From the NCBI RefSeq assembly GCF_009914755.1, contig NC_060926.1: DNA of 64,000 nt, one strand, 5' to 3'. The notes beneath the pieces were generated by a model. It ran no database searches and was not told where the DNA came from. It saw only the letters and a program-made list of their open reading frames with translations. Shown here in pieces: positions 31,601 through 44,385 of this stretch (position 1 is its first letter; each line of letters begins with the position of its first letter). This stretch comes from the human T2T-CHM13v2.0 reference genome, Homo sapiens. The translations under genes and the position numbers were made by a program.

Positions 31601-32354
31601 GGCTATCAATGCAAAAAAAAAAAATAGAGCTTAAGCTGAAAATCATAAAAGATAAGTAAATGAGTGAGGGCTACTCATCCTACTGAGTGCCACCCCCATG
31701 TTACCAGATACTGTCAATCATGTTTACTTTTCCTCTTGAGATTCACCATCAGATATTAGAACTTCTTTATTACACATACTTTCAGGGAGATTTTGATTAT
31801 CCATGGGATTACATTTGTAACTTCATAAACTCCCAAAGGGAAATTCTGTATCTTGGCAAGTAAAATTTTACATGGAAATAATTTACTATGCCACACTTGA
31901 GGGAACTGTTAAACTCACTCTACTATTTGCTATATACTGTAGCACCCCCAGAATGGAATATCAGAAAAAGAATGTCAATTGCTATAGTATTTTGCTTAAT
32001 TATTATCCTTATAGCAGAGATAATAGTTACAGACAAGAAGTAAACATGAAAGTTTTACTATCACTGAGTCTGCTATGATTTTTTATTGAGTTTGGTAATA
32101 TGTCACACTCTAGCTTTGCAAGGAAGTTATAAGGAAAAGAAATTTTATATACTAAAGGATCTTCTTTGGTAAATTCTTGTCCTAAAGAAAATGACTGGTT
32201 GTTTAAAAAGAGGAATGTTTAGGACAAGTCAGAAAGTTTAAGCATGTTGTAGATGGTCTGTGTAAGTCATGAAAGGATTAATAATTACAGGAAATATTTA
32301 GCCAAAGTTAACACTAAAATTACTCTAGCCACCCAACCCAATGCCATTTATCCT

Positions 32355-32640
32355 ATAAAGAATGTTATTTCTGTATTAACGCTTCTGGTAAAGTACAGCA
32401 ACATCTGGTGGAGGCAAACCAGTATCTAACAGGTATCAAACAAATTCTACTGTCATGGTTGTGGCCTATAGTACCCCGACCAATAATGGTAATCTTAATA
32501 CTCATATTTGAACCCTATATTCAAAACCTTCTTGTAAGATTCATCTCTTCTCACCTAGAAGTGATTAAATTCCAAGTGGTGCTGCAGATGGAACCACACG
32601 TGGACATGCCATTCTTCTGAGGACCCTTAGATCAACACCA
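32355..32640 (+). pseudogene. env: env transmembrane-subunit C-terminal remnant
   Basis: KECYFCINASGKV (resembles EECCFYVNQSG) followed by LLSWLWP...ILILIFEPYIQNLLVRFISSHLEVIKFQVVLQME, a gamma-type TM anchor and tail. Confidence 0.75.
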
Positions 32641-32760
32641 GAAGGAACCCTAACTGCTGTTCCCTACACAATGCCCCCTTCAGCAGGAAGTAACCACAAA
32701 GAGTCATTGTCCAACACCCCCTAACAGCAGTTAGGGTTACCACTTCTGAGGGGGGACATA

Positions 32761-33733
<973 letters not shown>

Positions 33734-34929
33734 ATGGTGTGCTACTGCACATCTCTTCCCCACTTCCCCATACAATGACATCATGTTGGTAGCCTAAACT
33801 TGGCCACAATTGGCAAATGCTACAAATTAAGGCTTGATTTACTGCCTTCTTGATTGAAATGACTTTAAAATGTGATGGAGAATAAGCTAATAATGCACAG
33901 TACTTTAAATGCATGCTAGGTTGGTAGCATTTATAGGTTATTGCAATGTAATAACCATTCAATGCTTATTACATTGTGAATAAGACAAAAAAAGAGGTAA
34001 TATCTTTTCAGTATTTGAAAACTATTATTGAATTCAGGAAAGCCACTCATGAAATTCTGACACATCTTTGTGTTCACTTTCTCTTAACTCAATAACATAA
34101 ATAAAAATAAGAACCAAAATTTATCTTGGTTATATGCCCACTTTTGAATGACATTAGCAACATTTTTGCTGAATCAGATAGTAAGCAAACATTTATTCAC
34201 AGTCTTATTTTGTCAAATCATAGATAAATTACAATCTTGAGTTGGCTATGGATAGAAGAGTTTGGCAAAAATTAGTTGAAAGCATTTTGTGAGAATCAAT
34301 GAACTATAATTGAATTTACAATAAAGAGTATCGTATATTATTAGTTGTAAGTTGTGTGCTACACATCCTTTATGTCAATAATAGTTATAATAAACTTACT
34401 TTTTTTCAGATAGTCAGTTATTAAACATTTACCAACACACCACTGGAAAGGAAGAAGAAAATTAACCAGAAAAAGAGGGAATTTTTTTCAGTGCCATATC
34501 TGCTCTCCTTAATTTTCTAGATATACAGTGAAGCAATGATACCTGTGAATACTTGAGATCCTTCTTCTCTCAGCCCAAGCATTCTTCTATTCTGCTAAGT
34601 CAAACCCAGCAAACAAAATGATTTTATGGAAAGTCTGAAGCAGTAGAAACAGGGCCCTGACAGCATAGATACCCCTTTCCCCCCAAACAGGTAGGTTTAT
34701 TATTTTTCCCCTAAAAAATTATAAAGAACATCACAGTACTGAGTGAGAAGTCATGTTATTTGTGCTCTGACTCTCATCCTAATTCCACACTTTAACCTGC
34801 CTTTGCTTTGTATAGATGTTATGTTATTCGTGGTTTCTTTTACATCAAACTACATATTCTCAATTCTGTAGCCATTTTTTCTTTCATCTAACTTATTCAT
34901 TCTTGCCATCTTAGTCATTCCCCTTATAT

Positions 34930-35150
34930 CACATTCCGGTGTGACAGTATTTTACTAGCAGAACTCTTAATGTAGACTGACCATCAGAAAAATGATTTCT
35001 GGGTTTGGAAACTACATGTCTGTAAAGGCAGTCTAGGACCACGTTGGCCACATTAGCAGTCACCGAACACTGCTGGCTCATTGCAAACTTGAAGTTAACT
35101 AAACTATTCCACACAACCTGTTCAGAAGCTGGGTCTCCTCCCTTTTATAC
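34930..35150 (-). mobile_element. L3/CR1 LINE fragment
   Basis: Minus ORF LVNFKFAMSQQCSVTANVANVVLDCLYRHVVSK resembles CR1 ORF2 LVDxKLNMSQQCxxAAKKANAILGCIxR. Confidence 0.75.
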
Positions 35151-35599
35151 TTTGAGAGCTAAGACAAAAATACTAAAATTGAAACGATGAAGTTTATTAA
35201 GAACATTAAAAGAGCAAATATAAAAACCAGATAATAGGACTCAAGAAGTATAACAAGAAACAAAGATCCATTCACACCTAAATAATGCCTGAGAAATCAT
35301 GGCAGTGCAACTCAGTACATACCAATGATTATAGTAATGACCCTGCATTGTTAATATTTCAGAAAACAAGAAAATGCACCATACTTTTTAGAAAAGTGAC
35401 CCAGCAAAATTATTTTAAGATTTATGTGTGGTAGGCTGATCATTTTCATGAAGGCAAAACATTCTCTTAAATGGTTTTAGAAGCCTCTGAACCTTTAACA
35501 TGACAGATTCTCTTCAGTGTTTATTGAATAAATTAAAATAGTGTACATCCCACGTTCTGGGAAAATAGCATAAACAAAACCTCAGAAGTAGTGATTTCC

Positions 35600-35830
35600 C
35601 CACATTACACTTATGAGCAATCTTTCATTGAACTCCTTCTATAATCTTGTGATATGCAGATGTCATTTCCAATGAACAACACTAAAAAATAGTGTTATGC
35701 CTATTTTACAGATGAGGAAACCTAGACATTGAGAATTTATGCTAATTGCCAAGTTCACACAACATGTAATTGGCAGAGCTAGGATTCAAGTCCAGGCCTG
35801 TGTTATCTGAAAGCTTGAGTATTACCCCCA
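35600..35830 (-). mobile_element. MIR
   Basis: ATTTTACAGATGAGGAAAC...TGGCAGAGCTAGGATTCAAGTCCAGG. Confidence 0.85.
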
Positions 35831-36923
35831 ATTCCATAATTCTTCAACCATTATAAGTATGTATATCAATAACTATTAATTTTGGAATCAGTTTGATATA
35901 ATTGCTTTTCAATTTTAAACGTTATGCATGCAGGTTTGAAATTTGCAGCATCAGCTAATATTCCTATCTTTACAAAAAACAGAAAGACAAAAATGTGTGT
36001 CTTAAAATCTATTTCCTATAACTAATAACTAGAATGATTACATCAGTTGAAAATAAAGGGTAATAAAGCCTGGTAATACGTGTACTGTTTATAAATTCAT
36101 CTGGGGAAAACCTGAAAGCACACACACAGACACAGACACACACCAAATACTGAAGTGGTCCCTTTGTATGATACTGACTCCCCTAACCCTCCATTTAGCA
36201 TCATTGTTAATTTGATTGTCCACTGTCCAAGCAGCCAAAACTAGAATGGACGAGAAAGTTGGTTTTTGCAGGCCCCAACTCCCATTTCAGCACCTTCAGC
36301 TATTTCTGGCACCCTTGGCTTCCCACTTATCTTCTACCTCTGAAGGCTTATGGTGCTTTCTGCACACTGTCTAATTTCCAATGAGTGATGAAGAAGTGAG
36401 GACTTGATTCTGTCTCCCAGGAATATTTGCATACTATGGAGTATGGAAACATAAAATCATTAGTGGCAATGCCATTTCCTTTAAGGCATCAATGTTGTAA
36501 TGGTCAACCAAGTTACCAATGATCTGACCCCCAAAATAATATTACATGTGATTCCAATAAAGCTTTCTCCAAGGTATCATAAAGGTAGAAGCTTTTAGTA
36601 ACGATAATAAAAGCAGCCCAGGAAAGCACTTAGAGAAATTCCGGTAATTCAATTCTCCTGAGGTAATTTATATTAATAACCATAAGTAAAATTCAAAAAC
36701 AAAAGTATAGCTATTTATATAAAGCCTCTGAATTACACAAATATGTGTGCGTGTGTATGTGTGTGTAACAGTTTTAATAGCAAATAAGTTCTTAAACAAC
36801 CTGTTTCAACCCAAACTCAATGTTGAATGGGATGTTTTCCTAAAGTCCTGAAACTGGCAATAGGGCCAAAATCTGAGAACTAATAATACGTGGATTTATT
36901 AAATCCACATATTATTTAATATG

Positions 36924-37147
36924 CAATTTGCATATCCTTAAGAAAACATTACTGGGATCTCTGTGACAGGAAGCTAAAGGGATTTGAGCCCTTGGTGGCT
37001 TAACAACTGAATTATGAATCGGATGGAGGGACTAGTTCATTCACTCTCTTAAAGGACTATAACCTTTGTCTTTTCTATTTAAATAAGTTTATGTCTGAAG
37101 ACCAATTTATTTATTTCAAAAATATTTAAAACTATGCAAAACATAAT
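36924..37147 (+). repeat. Local direct duplication, copy 1 (~224 bp)
   Basis: About 96% identical to 38563-38785 (6 substitutions and 2 single-base indels counted by eye). Confidence 0.95.
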
Positions 37148-37199
37148 AAATCCACATATTAAAGAGAACCAAAGGCTGGAGCCAGACGGCTTCTCTAGG

Positions 37200-38220
37200 G
37201 ATTACAAGGAGACCACAGAAATGGCTTTACTACTCCAAGCCTTCTACCCCTACCCACCTCCCCAGTCACTGAGAATGGAGGCTGCAGAAAGGTGAAAACA
37301 GAAAGGAGAGGTTACAGTTCTTTTCTCCTATCCCATCCTCAGCCAATATCACAAGCCTTGTAAGAAGGGAAACTGCAAGGGAGTCACTGTAAGGTAGGAG
37401 GAGACCATTTTTCCAATCAGTAGCAAGACTGTGACCAAGGAAGGGGATAGTGACCTACCCCTGCACCTATAAGAGGAGAAAAGGGAACTGGGGAATGATG
37501 GCAAGCAGTGGGAGAGGGAGGGATGCCCAACAAGCAAACAGTCTTCGTTTCCACCATCTAGTGTGCTCAGGATTGTGAGTTTCCTATAGGTTAAATAGAC
37601 AGCATGGAAGGTAGCTGGGCTGTAGCCATTTTGCTAGTAACACCCTAAAAAATGCTGCCACTGAGTGGAAACACACACACATGCCCGCACAAGCACACAT
37701 ATATACATATAAACACAGGTGCAAGAAGCCATGGACTGAATGCCAGTGGATACAATTTACAGTGAAAGATTGGGTAGAAGAGACGGAGTTGAAGTCACGT
37801 CAGGCAAGGTAGAAAGCTGAGCAGTAAAAAGTCCCCATATCTCCCCACAGCCCTTGTCCCCACCTGAGAACTCACACATGTGCACTATGAAAGGGTCAAC
37901 ATGTGGATACTGGCTATGCAGACGGTGTAGACAACTAGTCCTTGTTAGCCAGAGAAGCAGCAGTGAACAAAATGAAGGAAACTACAATCTTGTAACTGTG
38001 GTCTCGTGTACAAAGAAACCCTCTTGCTCCTTCCCATCATAACACTATGGGGAGCTACAGCCTAGCATGGAGGGGAGAGGAGGTGCAGAGCTCTGAATGA
38101 GATTTAAATTGGATAAAATATTTAGAAACTGAAAGTGACCAGGAAGTTACATGATATGCCCAAGTTCTATTAAGGAACAGGAAACGGATAGTCAGAAGGT
38201 CATAGTTGATATGTGCTACA
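37200..38220 (+). mobile_element. Possible ancient Gypsy LTR (MamGypLTR-like)
   Basis: AAAGTGACCAGGAAGTTACATGATATGCCCAAG..ATTAAGG resembles recalled MamGypLTR 3' sequence; purine-rich. Boundaries uncertain. Confidence 0.3.
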
Positions 38221-38562
38221 TTTTATGGTGAGCTTGAGTAAATATATTACTTGCAACAAAATCTTTACTCTTTTAAAATCTTAGGACTTGCTTATAAAAA
38301 ATACAAAATCATTTGTAAAAAAGGAAGAAGAGTCTAGTTGAAGAAAATAGTCATCATCGTTTCATGTTTGTATTGGCAAAACAATGATATTGTTCAATGA
38401 ATCATTTATCCCACTTTATTCTTAGTTGAACACTTTCATCACAGTGACAATGAAGAACACAATAATAATAAAACAATACTAAAGCCCCTATTACTTTTTT
38501 GTGGGTCAGCAGGGGCTCATTTTATACTTAAGTATTCTTGAGGATTACTCTTCAATTTTTCT

Positions 38563-38785
38563 CAATTTGCAATCCTTAAGAAAACATTACCGGGATCTCT
38601 GTGACAGGAAGCTAAAGGAATTTGAGCCCTTGGTGGCTTAACAACTGAATTATGAATTAGATGGAGGGACTAGTCCATTTACTCTCTTAAAGGACTATAA
38701 CCTTTGTCTTTTCTATTTAAATAAGTTTATGTCTGAAGACCAATTTATTTATTTCAAAAATATTTAAAACTATGCAAAACATAAT
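38563..38785 (+). repeat. Local direct duplication, copy 2 (likely donor)
   Basis: See copy 1; runs on into an L2 3' end. Confidence 0.95.
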
Positions 38786-38900
38786 TATGCAACAACACCT
38801 ACTATGTGCCTAGTACTGTGCTAGGCACTGTGGGTATATAAAAAATAAAGTCAAACGCACAAAAATAGTGAACAAAACAAAACAAGTATGCAATCTAGTG
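38742..38900 (-). mobile_element. L2 3' end
   Basis: ATTTATTTATTTCAAAAATATTTA...CACCTACTATGTGCCTAGTACTGTGCTAGGCACTG. Confidence 0.75.
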
Positions 38901-40135
38901 CTAAAAGTAACAGAAGAGAGTTTATTAAGGATCATGCATCCAGGCACGCTTCATAGAGAAAATTTAGACGTGCTATGAGAATTAATGTTATCTTTAAGCT
39001 AACACATACCTTGATAAATTATTTTTAAAACTAACCTTGGTATATTATATATTTCTGCTGATTGTATTTCACCTTATCCCAACATCCTTATCAATCATTT
39101 AAAATGCAAAGAACGGAGATCCAGCTTACCCAATGGGATGAGTATTTTATGAGGTCATTTCTACTGGAGAAAAATTATCTGGGACTCCAAATCATGGCAT
39201 TTTAATTATTTTATTTACTAGCTAAGTTCAACCAAGAAAAGCATTTTATTACGCAATGCATTTCAACATTAGTAAGGCTCTAGGTTTGTATTCCAAAGGA
39301 GAAAACGTAACCAATGAAACAGGGGAGTAGTTACAGCTCTAGTCCTAAAGTTATTTTTATTGATTAAATATATCAGGACAGATTACTACTGACGAACAAT
39401 TTGTAATATTAAGAAGTCTTTGAGTGGGCATGTCAGTTCAATATATTCTGACTTTTGTTGCAAGTTGATTATTGCTCATGATATAGTAAAGCTTCATGAA
39501 TCGGCTATTTCTTTTATATTTATTATGGGTAAAAGGTCTTTTACTAAAATGTGCTTAGTCATAAATGATGCATATTATTTCATGTGTTTTTGAAATTTAT
39601 ACAAATGTTATTGTGCTAAGTATCCTTTTTCAACTTGACTTTGCACCCCACATCATGGTTTTGAGATACACACAATCTTCTGGGAAAGGAGAGATAAAAA
39701 GAAGGAAGAGGGATGGGGCTTTAGCTGTATTTGTAATATGTATTTAAGAAAGGAGGTGGAAAGACAGGAAGAGGGGAAGGGCAGCGGAGATACACAGAAA
39801 GAGAGATTTAAAGCAAATATGGGCAAGTAATAATTCTTCAAATTGAGTGGGGGATGTATACATATCAGTTATATATTTTAAAACATTCTATATGTTCAAA
39901 ATATTTCAATCCAATATTAGCATATCCTTTAAACTAAGTAATGTCGCACGTCACAGAAAATGTTTTAAATGCATTCCCAAACCCATGTAAAGAAATAGTG
40001 TTCAAGTATGCCAGAATATTTAAGACAGGTCTCCTAAAGCTTTGTAATAGTTGATCTTTATTATCCATGTACTTATCAAGTTCAAGGTATTGAACTTGAA
40101 GACAATAAAACTCTACCCTTTAAAATGTGCTTCTG

Positions 40136-40484
<349 letters not shown>

Positions 40485-41592
40485 TTAGAATGTCCCAATC
40501 TTTTCCACATATTTAATTTGATGGTCACTGTGACAATAAAATCCAACAACATCCTAAGTGGAATGACAAGCTTTTCTAAAGTGGAATGCCCCAGGCTAAA
40601 GCTTTGGAATATTTTCTAGGACTTTTTACAAGGACAATGACCGATAATTGCTATTTATTTCTGTTATTCATGAACAGATTAGACATCTGGATATATATTA
40701 ATGAACTGACAGGCAATAATTGGATTAGTCCCTTGGGGACCAAGTAAAGTATGGCTCCCCATGGCTCCAAACCATGAGAACAACAAAAGTAACACGGAAA
40801 AGAAGAGCTCACTTTTCCTACAGACCGAGACTCCATTGCTGCCAAAGCTTCTGGAGTCCACAGACCACCACTATTGCAAGCCATGGCCACACAACAGCCT
40901 TACTTCAGATTCAATGTACTGCGTTCTTTGTTCATAAGGATTAAAAATGCCTCAACCTAATTTGTTGGCAGGCTCTTGTTTTCAATTCATTACTGTCCTG
41001 TAAATATCCCTTTGCTGTCTCTCTAACAATTACAGGCTCCTCTGAACATCTTACGCCAATTTCTAGTTTGGCCTCAGGGTAGCAGTCAGGCGGAAGCATT
41101 TCCAGTGCTTTTCCTGCCGTGTAACTCCAAGGCAGCCACAGTCTGACCTAGAGGCATGCTCTATGCTTCTTTCTCCCTATCATCTTCACCATCTTCATGC
41201 ACAAGTGTGTCAGAATTTCTATAGGGCTTGGAAAAATTCAAGAGAATAACAAGTTAAGGAGGAACTTAAATATTAAATATGACAAGTATTGTTTGCCATC
41301 TGGCAGGAGGTAAAAAGAAGGATCCCAGAAGTTAAAATTATCTCAAGCAATTCCTTTATGGAGGACATCTCTTGTCTTAGGTGAGCACTTTCCTATCGGG
41401 CCTTAGACTCCCTCAATCTTCTAACCTTCCCCAGGAGAATTCCCATTCTTTTTCTATATCCAGAGAGATTAATCTCTCCCCAGGATCCACCTATCCTTCT
41501 CCCTGAAGTACATTTCTGCAGTGTCAGGGCGTCCACCAGTGATACCTATCAACAAGCACCCAAAGAGTGTAAGTCCAGTATGCCTTTAGAAT

Positions 41593-41595
<3 letters not shown>

Positions 41596-41632
<37 letters not shown>
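41596..41632. repeat. (CA)n microsatellite
   Basis: About 18 uninterrupted CA units. Confidence 0.95.
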
Positions 41633-41638
<6 letters not shown>

Positions 41639-43519
41639 GAGAGGAAGAGAGAAAACTGACAAGCATTAATTCTGAAAATCAATACTGTCTAAAGCCATAA
41701 AGAAGATAAAAAATTCCTATAACTACTTCATAATTTGTGGTATTCTTCTCCCACAAAATAGCCATTATTATGTTTCTTGTCTATCATCGCTCCAATTGTG
41801 CCTAAATAAGAGAGGTGCTCTTACCAATCCATATACCTTATTACAACTGATCTCTTAGCTACACAAAGTTGGAGGAGTTTTCAGAAATGCTTAGTGAAGG
41901 GCCTGACATTCTTCTAAGGAAAGTAAAAGTACTACATTTCTGGTAGAAAATGATTATGTATAAACTCTGGGTAAAGATACTATCTAGACACATATTTTTT
42001 TCTCTTAATGTCATCACCACAAGAAAAGATTATATCCAAAGGTTTAACTATAAGATCTGTATTACTCATTATATCTATAAGGTATTTAGCATTTTGATAT
42101 AAGATTTGCAGACAACTGAGAAAAGAAAAAAATATCTCTTCCTGAGGCATCTTAAGATTGTTTTCCATTACTTTGTCAGAACTGGATGTTATCAGGCTTC
42201 TATTACTGTATTCCTCCTATGGAACACTAAGAGTAACGTGATGCGAAGATTAGGTATATGTCACGCACAAAAAAAACTGGACTTGAATGTTGTTGACTAG
42301 TGTGGATCAGAAGAGTGGAAATCAGGTAGGGCTGGCCAATATGGCCAAAAAAAAAAAAAAAGCCCTCCCAGGTGTGTAAGTCATCACCTTTACAAAAGTT
42401 AAAAAGAAAACTGATCACCAGGCACAGGAAAATCAATGATGGATCAATGCCTATAAGAAGCCAGACCAGCCCTGACTATCTCTCCTCCACCTCAACCACC
42501 ACTGTCTTCTATCTAAAGCCAGTGTCTGCATTTGCTCTCCATCTTTACCGAAAAGCATCACACCTGGGATTCTCCTCTCTCTCACACACCATCAAATTTA
42601 CACTCTCCACTAGATTACTGGGTTATTCCCATTAAAAACTTAGCAAATGTCATACTACATACTGTTATTTCTCATATCCCAAAATAGATTTGCTTGACTC
42701 CACTTCCCCTGTCCACTCTTGCCTCATTTGCAGCAAACTCCTCCAAAGAATCTCCTTCCTCTTCCAGTTCTCTCCTCCCACTCCACCTAAGTATTTCAGC
42801 ATTTTAACTTTCAGCATTCCACCTAAGTATTTCAGTCACAGTCACCAATGACCTCCATGCTTATGCCAGTTATTAAGCTAGTGTCTCTTTTTTCCACATC
42901 CATCCCTGCCTTCTATACTCTGCTTCTGTGATGCTGGGGCTAGAACACTGAAAACCATATTTTCTGTTTACCAGCTATTCCCTGTCAAACGCTGCTAGTA
43001 GGAGCATCAGAGGAAAGCTGTAAGGCTGTACGGCTGTGGGAGGAAGAATAGACTTGCTCCTTCATATCCTGCCAGCAGTGCCAACAAAAGCTGTCTGCCC
43101 TGGCAGCAGACAGTTGGTTCCAGATTTTACGATTATTACACTCTCCAGACCAGCCTCATCATATCTCCTCAGAGGTGCCTGCAGCAGGAAGAAGTCAGCA
43201 CTTCCTCCTGTGAGGCCCATGCCCCAGCTCTAAAAGGTTCTTCCTGCAAACTTCGAGGTTCTGACACCAAGATCTTCCCTTTGTCTCCCCACCCTATGGA
43301 GGGCAGATGCTTCCTGAAGTTACTGCCTCTGTGAAACTGAAGTTTTCCCTTTTTACTTTGTACATCCCCTGCAGCTCTTTAGCCCATTCCCTATGTTATT
43401 TCTGTCAAACAACTGATGCCCTTTCCTTTTTTAAGCGTTATTGAAGTATAACTGACAAAACTGTATATACTAAAGATCTACAATGTGATTATTAGATATA
43501 CATAAATGCATTGTGAAAT

Positions 43520-44385
43520 TGCTATTGAAACAGCAGGGGTTTGGTCTAGGTCCTGCTGCTCACCGCACAGAAAGCCAATGACTGAGACAAGGAGTATTGC
43601 CAAGAAAGATGACTTTAATCAGGTGCTGCAGCCAAGGAGATAGGAGATCAGTCTGAAATCTATCTCCCTGACCAATTAAAACTAGAGGTTTACATTACAG
43701 GCAAGAAATGTAACAATGTGTGAAAAAAAAAAACCAGGAACCAAGGAGAAGCAATCATGATAAATGAGGGGTTTGGCATCTCATTGCCTGGCTGTGGTAA
43801 TCTGGTGAGCTTCAGTTCTTTGACACTTTTTTTGAGAGGCCTGAAGGTCTTTTCCTAAGGAAGGAATTCAGACAAAACAAATTTCTTTTTTTTATTTTTA
43901 TTTTATTATTATTATACTTTAAGTTTTAGGGTACATGCGCACAATGTGCAGGTTAGTTACATATGTATACACCTGCCATGCTGGTGCGCTGCACCCATTA
44001 ACTCGTCATTTAGCATTAGTCATATCTCCTAAAGCTATCCCTCCCCCCTCCCCCCACCCCACAATCGTCCCCAGAGTGTGATGTTCCCCTTCCTGTGTCC
44101 ATGTGTTCTCACTGTTCAATTCCCACCTATGAGTGAGAATATGCGGTGTTTGGTTTTTTGTTCTTGCAACAGTTTACTGAGAATGATGATTTCCAATTTC
44201 ATCCATGTCCCTACAAAGGACATAAACTCATCATTTTTTATGGCTGCATAGTATTCCACGGTATATATGTGTCACATTTTCTTAATCCAGTCTATCATTG
44301 TTGGACATTTGGGTTTAAGACCAGAAGGGTCAATTTCTATATTTATCCAAAAAAAACTATCTATGGGACTATTGGGTTGGTTTCA
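43520..44385 (-). mobile_element. LOR1 (LOR1b-like) ERV1 solo LTR, split by L1PA
   Basis: GGGGTTTGGTCTAGGTCCTGCTGCTC..CACAGAAAGCCAAT is the antisense 3' end; CTATGGGACTATTGGGTTGGTTTCA is the antisense 5' end. Confidence 0.8.
43882..44315 (-). mobile_element. 5'-truncated L1PA2/PA3 (3' ~430 bp)
   Basis: TTATTATACTTTAAGTTTTAGGGTACATG...GGTGCGCTGCACCCA...GAGAATATGCGGTGTTTGG. Confidence 0.92.

Noticed and set aside
40077-40098. 9-bp-stem hairpin CAAGTTCAA-GGTA-TTGAACTTG (and a 7-bp stem near 9303-9322)
   Set aside because: Short enough to be expected by chance in AT-rich DNA.
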